Below are positions 13,080 through 25,798 of a stretch of DNA of 64,000 bases, piece after piece. Each line of letters begins with the position of its first letter. The stretch's first letter is position 1. The DNA lies in contig NC_043004.1 in the NCBI RefSeq assembly GCF_006345805.1, positions 59,954,001-60,018,000 of the forward strand, in the 5' to 3' direction. The notes beneath the pieces are model-generated. The model saw nothing but the letters and a program-made list of their open reading frames with translations, was not told the origin of the DNA and made no database searches. A program made the position numbers and the translations under genes. Source of the stretch: Octopus sinensis. Its lineage: Eukaryota.

Positions 13080-13565
13080 GTGTAATATATGGTCTGTTGA
13101 CTAGTTTTTCTGCACGCTAGGCCACATGTAGTAAGGGTTACTAAAATATTTATTACCCTTATATTATTAATTATATGTATGTTATATATATATATATATA
13201 TATATATAAATATATATATACATATATATGTGTGTGTGTGTGTGTAATGCCAGCTATACGTAATACAAAGTAAAAAGTGAAAAATTCAATTGTCACTAAT
13301 TGTGACTAGGTAGCACCTATATTGCTAGAAATAAGAATCAAAACCCCTTAGAGCAGCAAGAAAGCACATATATACACACATATATATGTGTGTTTATATA
13401 TGACGATGTGAGGAATGTCTACGCATATATTAAAAGACAAAACAGAAGATGCTTTGACAAATTTATCATAGACAAAAAAAAGAATATATTATATCTTCAT
13501 CAAACTATGTCACAAGATTCGGACGTTTTGTTATATCTTCTACATATGGGAATATACATATACAT

Positions 13566-13682
<117 letters not shown>

Positions 13683-13756
13683 TTATATATATATATATAT
13701 ATATGTATGTATTTATATATGTATATAAATATGTATATATATATGTATATACATTG

Positions 13757-13802
<46 letters not shown>

Positions 13803-14519
13803 TACAGAGATGTACTCGCATAGCAAGTGATTTTCGTCGCTATAAGACCGCGACCTGTTCACTGACAAAAATATTTTGACAAATTAAACTTAAATGTTGA
13901 AGTGAATCGAACGGCTTTTGTGTGTTTCTTAAATGGCTTACAAACACCTTCCACGCTGCAACTGTTTATATATATATATATGGAAATATATATATGTAGA
14001 TATATGTGTATAGGTATATATATATAAAGAGAGAGAGAAAGAGATAGATAGATATAGATATATATTTGAGTGTGTGTATTTGTAAATATGCAGGTGGTTG
14101 AAAATTGTACAAAAAGCTAGGAAGAAAAAACTAAAACAAGAGACAGATGTGGGTGAAGGAACAACAGACACTGTATACTAATTTGACGCTCGAGAAAAAT
14201 CAAAGCGTTTTTCACGTTCAAGAGGCTAAGATGTCAAGTTCAATAGAACGTCCCGTCCATTTCGGTTACGAAACTTCAGCCCTTTAAATTCCTATCTGGT
14301 GTGATGTACCGGCAGTTTGTTTCTTTTTTTCCATTGTGTCAGGGACCGGTAATATTTCTTAGTAATCTAAGTTTATAGCGAAAAAAATATATATATAATG
14401 TATATAATAAAAGTTGACAATTCTTTTTTAATCTTGTAACAAATAATACAATATTACATAAGCATTATATAGGCATTTTGTAATGTTTCTCTCTTTTCTG
14501 GAAACTCGTCCCATACCGG

Positions 14520-14570
14520 AATCCGATGGCTCGCGGACCGGTCTGCGGGCAACTACTTTGAACAGCACTG
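14520..14570 (-). mobile_element. Possible hAT (Charlie-like) terminal inverted repeat end
   Basis: Minus strand CAGTGCTGTTCAAAGTAGTTGCCCGCAGACCGGTCCGCG resembles hAT termini; no partner end found. Confidence 0.35.
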
Positions 14571-14860
14571 TTCTACATAACGTAACACCAGATACATCGG
14601 GTAGATTCAGTGCGAAGGGGAACCTTCATGAATTTCCAAATGTAGTGTAAGCCAGGCAAACGTGTATTCCGAATTTTACACTGTTTTCTCTAGCAATATC
14701 TTGTTTAGTCTAACGTTAGTTTTCATGTTTTGCAGCGCAGTAAATACAAGTATATCGAAATATATATTTAAAAAGAGAAACACTGAAACCTGGACAGGAA
14801 AATGGTTCTCTAACGTTACAAAAGAACAATTAGAAAAAAAAAATTTTTTCCCACACAATT

Positions 14861-15323
14861 ATCTTCTATCTTTATCTTTTACTTTTTTCAGTTATTAGAC
14901 TGTGGCTATGCTGGAGCATCACCTTGAATTTTTAGTCGAATAAATCGAACCCAGTACATATATTTTTTAGCCTGGTATTTATTGTATGATTTTTTTTTTG
15001 CGAACCGCTACGCTCTGGAGAAGCAAACATGACAACACCGGTTGTCAAATGGTGGTGGTGGGACAAACACATACACAAAGAAACATACACATAGACATAC
15101 ATGCATACATACACACACGCACGTACACAGACACACACACACACGTGGACATACAAACACACACATATACAACGGGTTTTATACTGTTTCCGTTTACCAA
15201 ATGTATTCTCAAGCTTTTGGTCGTCCCAAGGATAAAGTAGAAGACAACTTTTCTACGGTTCTACGCACAGGGAGAGAACCCACAAGTATGTGCCTGAGAA
15301 GCAAGCGTCTTATCACACTGCCA
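14861..15323 (-). mobile_element. SINE family B, old and diverged copy
   Basis: Collinear degenerate match to family B (ATGCTGGAGCA, GAACCGCTA, GTTGTCAA, GTTTCCGT.TACCAAAT). Confidence 0.75.
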
Positions 15324-15519
15324 CATGTATGTATATGTATATTTATGCATGGATGTATGCATCTATATAATTCATATATGTATATATGTGTGCGCTTGTG
15401 TGCACTTGCGCGTGTATGTATATATGCATATAGCTATATGTATATATACGGGCACACACATATATATATATGTACATGTATGCATACACGCATACTTATA
15501 TATATGTATGTATTTATAT

Positions 15520-15550
<31 letters not shown>

Positions 15551-15644
15551 CATATATACATACATAACACACACGCATATATATACACACATGCTTACAT
15601 ATACATATATGGATTTGTGAGATGGATAGAGAGATAGATTGGTT

Positions 15645-15701
<57 letters not shown>

Positions 15702-16424
15702 GTAGGTAGGTAGGTAGGTAGGTAGGTAGGTAGGTAGGTAGGTAAGCATACAGATATATTGATTGGTACAAGGATTTGTATGCTCAATTATTCAGTCATT
15801 TATTCCCCCCCTAAACGTAAGTACATAACCTGTTTGAAATCACAGTTCGTCAACGTGAAGAGAAGCAATTTAAAATATCAAAGGTTCGTTGCAATAAACT
15901 GGGTTAATATTTACATAGGTGACTGTATAGGCAAAATTCATTTCGTCTACGTATCAGGATCAACATATATAAGTAACTGTTCTAATATCGACGATAAGGA
16001 CTTTTTTTAATAGTAAAAACATAAAATTGCAAGGCTGAATTAATCATCCATAGTGTGTTGTTAAAAGCAGCCTTTCTTAGCTCCAGGTTTTGATAAAATG
16101 TGAAGTTGGTCCTCTGTGGAATTCTGATCAGCGATGCATGGAACTAGATGTTGTATGATACATCTGAACTTGCACTAACAAATGTTACGTATACTGTTTC
16201 GTTTACACAAACTATGCGACTATACGTTATAAGCAGATTTTGTTTACAGTATAACAATAAAGCACAGTTTTGTTTGACAAACCATCATTTCCACGGAGAG
16301 GTTATCTTTATACAAAATGTACAGCATGAAATGTAAATATGCACAGAATTAAAGAGATCAAATCAGTAAGCTGACACGAGAAGACGTAATTAGAGAAATC
16401 ATACGCTAACAAAACAATAAGGAA

Positions 16425-16427
16425 GTA

Positions 16428-16464
<37 letters not shown>

Positions 16465-16765
16465 TGATGATGATGATGATGATGATCACCATCATCATCA
16501 TCATCATAATTATAGTCGTAATGATAATAGTAATAACAACAGCACAACAGCAATAATAATAATAATAATAACAACAACAACAATAATAATAATAATAATA
16601 ATAATTAGAAGAAGAAGAAAAAGAAGAAGAAGAAAAAGAAGCAGAAGAAGAAGAAGAGAAGAAGAAGAAGAAGAAGAAGAAGTCGAAGAAGACGAAGAAG
16701 AAGAAAAGGGAGAAGAAGAAGAATTAGAATAAGAAGAAGAAGAAGAGAATAGTAATAGTAACAGC
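16425..16765. repeat. (AAT)n/(GAT)n/(GAA)n compound array
   Basis: Directly visible. Confidence 0.95.
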
Positions 16766-18548
16766 AACAGCAAAAACAGCAAAATAAAAATAAAAGTATC
16801 ACTATTAATAAATAAATAAATAAATGAAATGACATTTGAAAATGATTAATAGTGTTAAAGAAAACTAACAAAAGACAGTTTGATATTTAAATTCATATAT
16901 GGTCTTTTGATTGCGCTGTGTTTAGATTAATCAATGTATTTGGTGTCACTAGCGCAAATTAATGATTAGCATATTGTGGCAGCATTTTCTAACCAACTGC
17001 GTCAATCTTTCAGTGATTCAAATTCTATCACTTTCACTCTCTCTCTATCTATCATGGTCTTTCAATCACTTCGAGTTTAACAGCTTTTAGTCATGTCTTC
17101 TTTGCTCATATCTTCATCATTTCGCACCTCATTACATCTGATTCACGTCACCGTTTCGGGCAACAGAGAAACTAAGCTAAAGACTGTCTGTCACCATAGT
17201 TGTTGTTGCTATCACTACACATCTTTTTGGATCGATTTCATCTCTTATGATCAGATCCAGTATTCGTCGCTGCATTGATAATTAAGCAGAAGTGAGTAGA
17301 CGCCCGAACGCATTGTAATATATTATCACCTATGTCTTTTATTATTTTTGAAGACTGGCGGGCAAAGCAAGACTTCTTTGGAACAGAAATTAGAAGAACG
17401 GCTCGAAAGCTAACCAAAGATAATATCTGTTATCTAGGATTGATGTCTCTGCATAATGATTCAGACATCTCTAGAAACAAAACATTTATTCCTTCTGTAT
17501 AACAAAGCATCAGATTTACAGAGTTGACAAAGTGAGCATGGGTAGCTTTTATGCAATTTCCTAAGCTACGAACTAATTACTGAAATGTTAGATGGTTTCT
17601 TTAACAAAAAATATTACTCTATATTTTGTTAGTGGAATTATTACTATGCTCTCGAATGTCAGAACAAAGCGTACTCATCGCAAGTCGAAAAGATTTTAAG
17701 AATTTTACTAATAATATTTACAGCATTTGAAATTTCTTGCAAACCGTAATCCCAGATTGTAAAACCACTTGGTGCTAGGATGAATTGACAAATTATGGTA
17801 ATTTCTAGTACAGACACGCAATAATTAAACAAAAACAAAATGTGCTCTTCAAAAAACTGAAATCAATGTTGAAATAAAATTGATGTTAAAATGTGGCATT
17901 GTTTCAAAATTGAGATGGAGAATGTCAAGGATGAATGGACGGTATGGGAAAGTGTGTGGTGTATTGTGCAAGACGCACTTTGATTTCATAACAAAACTAA
18001 GACGATTAGTTCTCCTTACAAAATCTCTTGACATTAACTAACAGCTTGAAGTAATGGGATGCAACATTATGATTATGATGCTTGCTCTTTTATTTCACTC
18101 CTGTAATAAAAAATTACTGTAAATTTATTGTTATTTTCTGGATATATTTTGTAATATATTTTTTAATAATTATATTGTTATAAATTGCTATGTTTTTTTG
18201 CCTACGTTGTTGGTTGTTTAGCGTGTATTTTTCGTTGTATTCTAAATAATCAAAATATCAAAATAGCTATATGCTATAAAAATAGATAAATTAAAATTTT
18301 ACAACATAAATCTATAAGTCGTTAAGAGAAATGTCAAAAGCTCAGCTGACGTAGTTGATTTATTTTTTTAGTATTTCTTTAATCTTGTATTTTTATTATT
18401 TGCCGTCTGGTTATATTTAATATGAGAGGAGTAGTGATAATGGAGAATGTTATAGTAGTTGCCGGCGTCGTAGAACTAGCAGTTGTTATAACCGTTCAGT
18501 GCTGGTCAGTCTTGACCGACGATTTTTGTATATTAATATATATATTAA

Positions 18549-18776
18549 GGCGGCGAGCTGGCAGAAACGTTAGCACACCGGGCGAAATGCTTAGCGGTAC
18601 TGCGTCTGTCGTTGCGTTCTGAGTTCAAATTCCGCTGAGGTCGACTTTGCCTTTCATCCTTTCGGGGTCGATAAATTAAGTACCAGTTAAGCACTGATGT
18701 CGATGTAATCGACTTAATCCGTTTGTCTGTCCTTGTTTGTCCCCTCTGTGTTAGCCCCTTGTGGGCAATAAAGAAA
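18549..18776 (+). mobile_element. SINE family A, full length
   Basis: GGCGGCGAGCTGGCAGAAACGTTAGC (A box), GAGTTCAAATTCC (B box), Meta-like domain, tail GGGCAATAAAGAAA. Confidence 0.9.
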
Positions 18777-19953
18777 CAAATATATACGCTGTCCTTCCAC
18801 TATTAGACGGGGGCGGGGCAGTGATATCAGAGAATTGCATTACTATTTCTCATAGATGGAACTGCCACTTTGGCTGAAGTTGTGTTAGTAATGTGTTAGT
18901 GACACAATAACATATTCTACGTTCAGTAACGAAGTTCTAAATACCTTTTATTTTCGGAGGGCCAACGAAAATGGTATTAGAATGGGAGGAATTTATACTC
19001 TTGTATTGGTGACGTGGCCCGAATGCTCGCAGTGGGCTGGTATTGTTTAACTGGTCAGAGAAGAAGTCTACCACCGAAAAATTAAGAGCGCAAAATGTTG
19101 GAATCAATACTGCACGAAATCTTATCTAATACTTTTACATTTCTGTAGCCCAACATCCTGGGCTGGTACATTAATGTATCGATCCGAAAAAATTTAATAA
19201 TTAATAATTAACCTGGACGTAATATATGAAATCAGATCAAAGGGAGTCAGAACAAGTACAAACAAAGAATTTTGCTTAACGACTCAAGCAATTCAACATT
19301 TTTACAAATAGTTACGATGTTTCATTTAGACCCTGGTTTTGATAATGTTGGCATCATGTTAGTGTTTCAGTGGTCGTGATTCGTGATAATTCTGGATATA
19401 TTAACATTTAAGTATCGATTTGTATGGTATACCACTCTAGTGTCTATGATCGCTTTCTGATATAATTGACTAGGCACTGCTGCTAGTACTCTTGCTTATA
19501 TGCGTTTTTTTAATATATATAATTCTTCTTGTCACTATTGCTGCATTGCATTCCTTCAGAAATTAAAGCTCTTAAATATCTATATGAATATATCATATAT
19601 ATTCTAAACATAATAAATTCAAATCAAAAATAAATTTCAAAGATTTCTATATTGTTCAACAAAATGTTAGGACTACAGAAAAGGTCATCAGAGAACAGTA
19701 ATCGCTTTGCAGCCATACTCGCTTGCTGTGCTTTCCTACATTTACTATATGGACTTCGTGAGAGCGGGTTAGTGAATGTATGGTTTCATTAGAAATAACA
19801 AATATTTGGTACTCTCATGGCTGGAAGATGGTAGAGATTCACTCCCCTGCTTGCAATGCTTGTCGAGACCAGATTGCATCGAATAACCATGGTAGTAACG
19901 CCGGTTCCTATGACACAGCCACATTTATGTGGCGATAAATATAACTTCTTACT

Positions 19954-20009
<56 letters not shown>

Positions 20010-20840
20010 TAGCAGAGTTACCCAGCGTTGCCCGAGTTACATGCAATTGAAGAAGTAGACGTTTCTGTTATATATTCTGTAATGAACTGAAATACCTATG
20101 TTTCGAATTTCATCAAAATTGCAGATGAGGGTTATTTCCCTCTTTACACACCCAAACAAAATTGTAATCGTGCCACATGTATCCCATACTACTGATTTTT
20201 ATGCGCATATTCCAAAATTCCAGGCTTATAGAACATGTTAAATGGATTTTGCTCCTGAAAAATGGAGGTCATGAAGCTCTAAAATGTGAGAGTATTGGGG
20301 ATAGGCATCTTAATGTCAACCAGAGAAGTTGAATTGTTGAGAATGTTTTTAATTTGGGTCTTATATCAATTGTTTGAATTTCTTTGAAATAGGAAATATA
20401 TGTTCACTGGGTTTGTAAAAGAGAGCAAAGCTACAAGAAACCAAAAGACGAATGATCACAATAAGCAGTCAGCTACCCTACCCTAGTCGTTACAACTCCC
20501 AATGTAGTATTCCTCAACATGCATGTGACAGGCACAGCCGTAACATGTATTACGAATATATAGCAATTGGAAGGGCGTGAACCAACTGAAAAAAACATTA
20601 ACAACTGTGTGACGTGAGGGCTAAGGAAAAATGAAAGTTGGAGTTTGCAAATGACCACTATACTGATACGTAACTGGACAGAATACATATATAATTTATA
20701 AATGTCTTTGAATAACCAGTCACTCATCTGGGAAGGCCTTGAAATCAATGTTACCATGTGGGGACTATGTGTTTCTCCCTCAGTGATGAGGGAGACATAC
20801 AAAGACGCACACACAGATTTACATATATACATACATACAT

Positions 20841-21232
20841 ACTCTCTTTTACTCTTTAACTTGTTTCAGTCATTTGAGTGCGGCCATGCTGGAGCACCGC
20901 CTTTTAGTCGAGCAAATCGACCCCGGGACTTATTCTTTGTAAGCCCAGTACTTATTCTATCGGTCTTTTTTGCCGAACCGCTAAGTCACGGGGACGTAAA
21001 CACACCAGCATCGGTTGTCAAGCTAGGGGGACAAACACAGACATATATATATATATATATACATATATACAACAGGCTTCTTTCAGTTTCCGTCTACCAA
21101 ATCCACTCACAAGGCATTGGTCGGCCCGGGGCTATAGCAGAAGACACTTGCCCAAGATGCCACGCAGTGGGACTGAACCCGGAACCATGTGGTTGGTTAG
21201 CAAGCTACTTACCACACAGCCACTCCTGCGCC
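20841..21232 (-). mobile_element. SINE family B, full length, young
   Basis: Near-identical to the 38954-39328 copy. Confidence 0.9.
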
Positions 21233-21252
21233 TATATATATATATATATATA

Positions 21253-21414
21253 CGATTGATTTCTTTCAGTTTCTGTCTACAAAATCCACTGACAAGGCTT
21301 TGGTTGGTCTGAGGCTATAGCAGAAGACACATGCCAAGTCACCACACAGTGGGCATGAACCGAGAACCATGTATTTTGGAAGGAAGTTTTTTACCACACA
21401 GCCACACCGGCACC
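21253..21414 (-). mobile_element. SINE family B, 5' half, diverged
   Basis: TTTCAGTTTC.GTCTAC.AAATCCACT...TTACCACACAGCCAC match. Confidence 0.8.
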
Positions 21415-21772
21415 TGTGTATGTGTGTGTGTGTATGTGTGTATGTGTGTATATATGTATGCATGTATATATGTGACTATGTATATATATATGTGTACATA
21501 TTACATGTACATCTATATATATATATATACATCTACAGATATACATGTATACATATACATCTATGTTTTTGTTTCACTTTTAACACGTAATACGGAAATA
21601 GTGGTGAAGATATGATATTGCTGTGGGCTCGCCCTAGGCAAAAAGTTTAAAATGCTTTTGGTCATGACATCCCCCTAACCCGAAGTAAAGCATGTGTGAA
21701 ATTTGAATGAAATTGGTTGTGTAGTTCTCAGGTTTTTCGGGATTCACACAGACAGACACACATTCTCAGTTT

Positions 21773-21814
<42 letters not shown>

Positions 21815-21864
21815 TAATAATAATACTACTACTAATAATAATAATGATAATAATAATAATAATG

Positions 21865-21904
<40 letters not shown>

Positions 21905-21919
21905 TAATAATATTATTAT

Positions 21920-22010
21920 TCGCTGTGGCAGGGACTGTCTAACACAGCTTCGCTGTGGCAGGGACTGTCTAACACAGCCTTCGCTGTGGCAGGGACTGTC
22001 TAACACAGCT
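21920..22010 (+). repeat. Three tandem copies of a 30-31-bp unit at the LINE 5' truncation point
   Basis: TCGCTGTGGCAGGGACTGTCTAACACAGC(C)T x3. Confidence 0.95.
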
Positions 22011-23078
22011 CTTACACCACATTGAAGATGTACTCAAAGCCTTGGGAACAGGTTCGAACTCTGACGTCATATATCTTGACTTCAGTAAAGCGTTCGACAG
22101 GGTAGACCATACATCCTACTCTCAAAATTGGCAAATGTTGGAATCCGTGGAAAGTTCTACGCTGGATTCAGTATTTCCTGGCGAATAACACACCATGTTG
22201 TAGTTGATGGAGTCCACTCAAACCCAGCAAAAGTCACCAGCGGTGTTCCCCAGGGAACTGTTTTGGGTCCGCTACTCTTCATAATTTACGTAAACGACCT
22301 TTCCAGTGTCGTACATCACTGCAAAGTGAAAATATTCGCTGATGAAACTAAGCTCCAGCAAATCGTCAATGAAGAAGCAGACCGAACTCAACTCCAGTCT
22401 GATCTATATGCTGTGAGTCAATGGGCAGACAGAAACAAAATGCAACTGAATGAGGGAAAATTTGAGCTGATGCATTTTGGAAGAATTCCTCACTAAAACA
22501 ACCATACTCTCTTCCTTCAGGGGAACCGCTCTCACAGCCTCTAACAATATCAGAGACCTGGGTGTAATTGTTGATGACAATCTCAGTTGGAGTGCACACA
22601 TCAACAAGAAGGTCGATATAGCTCGTAGGATGAGTTCCTGGATCTTAAGAACTTTCCGGTCCAGAGAACAAGGTGTCATCATTTTTTCCTCCTTTGTACG
22701 GCCACACCTTGAATACTGCTGCCCACTGTGGTCTCCTCACAGAAGACAAAACATCTCCAGAATTGAGTCACCCCAGAGGGCACTCACTAAACAAATTGAA
22801 GGCATGGCTGCTCTCGATTATTGGGATCGCCTTAAAGCCTTGAATCTTTACTCTCTCCAGCGTCGCCGTGAGCGGTACATCATTTGTACGATGTGGAAAA
22901 TATACCGCCAACTTTGCCCAAACGACCTAAACATTAGCTTCAAGGTTCATTCAAGACTTGGACCACGGGCTATACGTCCCCTGCCAAATTCAAGATCACA
23001 ACATACACGTACACTGCAACATAATTTCTTTTTCTCAACAGGCCCTGCCCTATTTAACATTGTCCCGATGGAGATCAA
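21920..23078 (+). pseudogene. CR1/L2-group LINE reverse transcriptase fragment, 5'-truncated, frameshifted and 3'-truncated by telomeric repeats
   Basis: RCGRDCLTQLL...VIYLDFSKAFDRVDH; SGVPQGTVLGPLLFIIYVNDL; IFADET (catalytic DD mutated); RDLGVIVDDNLSW; RPHLEYCCPLWSP; SLQRRRERY, spread over three frames. Confidence 0.92.
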
Positions 23079-23160
23079 AGGGTTAGGGTTAGGGTTAGGG
23101 TTAGGGTTAGGGTTAGGGTTAGGGTTAGGGTTAGGGTTAGGGTTAGGGTTAGGGTTCGGG
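23079..23160 (+). repeat. Interstitial telomeric array (TTAGGG)12
   Basis: 12 perfect TTAGGG units at 23083-23154, preceded by AGGG and followed by TTCGGG. Confidence 0.97.
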
Positions 23161-23259
23161 TTTGTTCGGAGTCTGCGCAGTGTTTTGAATAGTTTAGAAA
23201 GAGCATTTCGATAGACGCACATGGATCTATTGGTATGGTCTTTCCATCATTAACAGGAA

Positions 23260-23332
23260 TCTTACTGAAGAGCCAGCCTGAGTAAATAAATACTATTTTT
23301 ATTACTGAATTTGGCGAAACTGCAGTATAAGA
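23260..23332 (+). ncRNA. Type I hammerhead ribozyme, canonical core
   Basis: TCTTA-CTGAAGA-GCCA-(36 nt)-TGGC-GAAA-C-TGCA-GTA-TAAGA: stem I 5 bp, stem II GCCA/TGGC, palindromic stem III ACTGCAGT; predicted cleavage after 23327. Confidence 0.85.
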
Positions 23333-23508
23333 AAAGTTAAGTTTGTAAAAGTTTTTAATTCTCATCTCACTAAATTTATCCAGCTATTGTGTATCTAGTA
23401 CACTCTTCGCCTTGAATGTAATGATATATGTATAATATATGGCGTGTACTGGTACACCGGCGATTATAATTAATTTTATTGTATCGCATTTATCTTTGTT
23501 TATATATT

Positions 23509-23553
<45 letters not shown>

Positions 23554-23630
23554 GAAAAAAAATCTTTTATCAATTCATTTTATCACTCAAATAATAATTA
23601 TATTACATAATGTATATAATATATATATAT

Positions 23631-23720
<90 letters not shown>

Positions 23721-23727
23721 ATATATA

Positions 23728-23966
23728 CTAAGCAATAAAGGGTTTAGCAACGAATTGCCTTACCACATACCGAATTTAGAAATAGCAGTCAAGAGTTATA
23801 GCTATTTCTTCTACTAAAAAGGGAGATCTCAGTAAAAACAGCAATTGGAAGGCAGACACAAACAGGTAGTGAGAATGAATTGACGGCAATTTATCATACA
23901 ATTTTAAGTTATCTACGGACGTACGTTTCGAAATCAAGTTTTTAGGAAAGGATAAGAATTAAATAT

Positions 23967-23970
<4 letters not shown>
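23728..23970 (-). mobile_element. (TA)n-flanked element with the 3' half of a hammerhead (5'-truncated)
   Basis: Minus strand GAAAC-GTAC-GTC at 23918-23929; the 3' part aligns with 52840-52920. Confidence 0.6.
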
Positions 23971-23998
<28 letters not shown>

Positions 23999-25654
23999 CG
24001 TATGTACAGGCGTATTTTTCTTGGACTTTCTTTCTTTCTCCGGACCTCTCCTTTCTCTCCTCTTACTGACGAAAACCAAGTGTTTCAGCAATCTTTTTAC
24101 CTTTTCATCTTACACTCAGTGCCAAGCGTCTGTATTCACATGCACATACAGGCGAGTATTTACTGTTATGTACACGATTTTACACGTTTTGAATTTGTTA
24201 ACGAAATAGCATAGAAAGTGAACAAGAACGAATGGTTTTCTTTTACAACGTCATTATGTTTTGTTTTGTTTTTCCACATGACTCATATATTATATGATTT
24301 AGTTTTTAAGGCATTAAAAACGATTGCTTAGATTCGTGTTTTATTATTTTGATGTGTAGCCACAACATTTTCTTGATTAAACACTTTCCTGTCAGTCAGT
24401 ATTTTTACCTCACCTTATTTATTTTATAAATGTAGGATTGAGTTTTAGAGATACTTCTGTACACATTTTAGCATTTCAAACAACCACCTAATTGCTTCCT
24501 TATTAGTTTACCTAGGTGTCTGTTTAGATTGTTTAGTATTTCTTAGAAAATGATCTACGTCAATATGGCCGCCTCCAAACTAAACAAGTTGAACTTATAA
24601 TGCCTGAGTTAAAATGTTGTTTTCTTTTACTTGTTGCTATTATATACCATCAAGTTAGAGTCTTCAATTAGCTTGCAGCATAATGGGGGTGAGCCGGTCT
24701 AAAAGTTAGACGCAATCTACACAATATAAGCTGCTCTTCTGCGAAGTTTCTTCGTTTTACCACTATGGTGTCCTTTATCAGCCAGCCTTCGTTTCTGATA
24801 CAATGTGCACAAGAAGAATTTTCCATCATATTCAATACTTTTTGGTATATCAACCAGAATGTAGAACCAGGTTTGAGGGCAAAATTATCCCACGCAGCCC
24901 AGTATTTGTAACGACGTTATTATGAGCATAAGGTGAACACTTTTATCGTTGGGACACGACCTATCATTTAATCATGTGATAGCTATCTATACAGAATAGA
25001 AATTTGCTCGTAAATGAGTTAACTAAATGGTGCATACTATGACAGATTTAACTTCGTACCTACACTTCTATTATTCTTGGAATCAATAGCAAAACTATAC
25101 ACGGAGGTGACACGCTTCTTAGTTTCCTATTCTAAGAAATATATTGGAAGATAAATTGCATACAACCCTTACGAGATGTCAAATATGATATGAGTTTCAT
25201 AGGGGAGACAATAATTGAAGTAAAATTATGGGGATAAATTATGTGGCTGTCGTAACGTTTATATTCATATCATAGGAGATATGTGGGGTCACGCGAGCGA
25301 TAGTAAGATGAGAAGACATAAGAAAGCAGATGAAAACTGTTCCGTAATACTCCGATCGATATATCATATTTCTGCACCAAATTAATCCGGAGCCGACATT
25401 AGATTTCCCCGCAACCAAAGAGTTAATAACGTAAATAGCAATTTGCTATATTTCCTTCTCTCTCAAAAATATTACTTTCCAGCAATAACAATAATTCTAA
25501 TCTGTAATCTGGGTTGCAAAACGCCATATTAAACAGAGAAGATTTCGTATATATACACATACATGTGCGTGTACACGTGTATACACACACACATACACAC
25601 ACACATACATATATATATATACATGCATATACATATATATTTGTACATACATAC

Positions 25655-25694
<40 letters not shown>

Positions 25695-25742
25695 TTTTAT
25701 ATTCATACACGCACATACAAACATATATATATATATGTATGT

Positions 25743-25798
<56 letters not shown>

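Larger units (their letters stand above)
20009..21780 (-). mobile_element. Probable non-autonomous Helitron containing two nested SINE B copies
   Basis: Minus-strand 3' end has hairpin ACTCGGGCAACGCTGGGT, a 7-nt spacer, then CTAG|T (20009). The other end reads TATATATAAAACTGAGAATGTGTGTCTGTCTG, but the 5' TC is not seen. Confidence 0.55.

Noticed and set aside
17530-17980. Possible decayed DNA transposase (AWVAF, ELITEML, EME..QG fragments)
   Set aside because: Too short and scattered across frames to support without a profile search.
21920-22010. Three 30-bp direct repeats resembling a CRISPR array
   Set aside because: No spacers; the unit is LINE RT coding sequence in a eukaryotic context.
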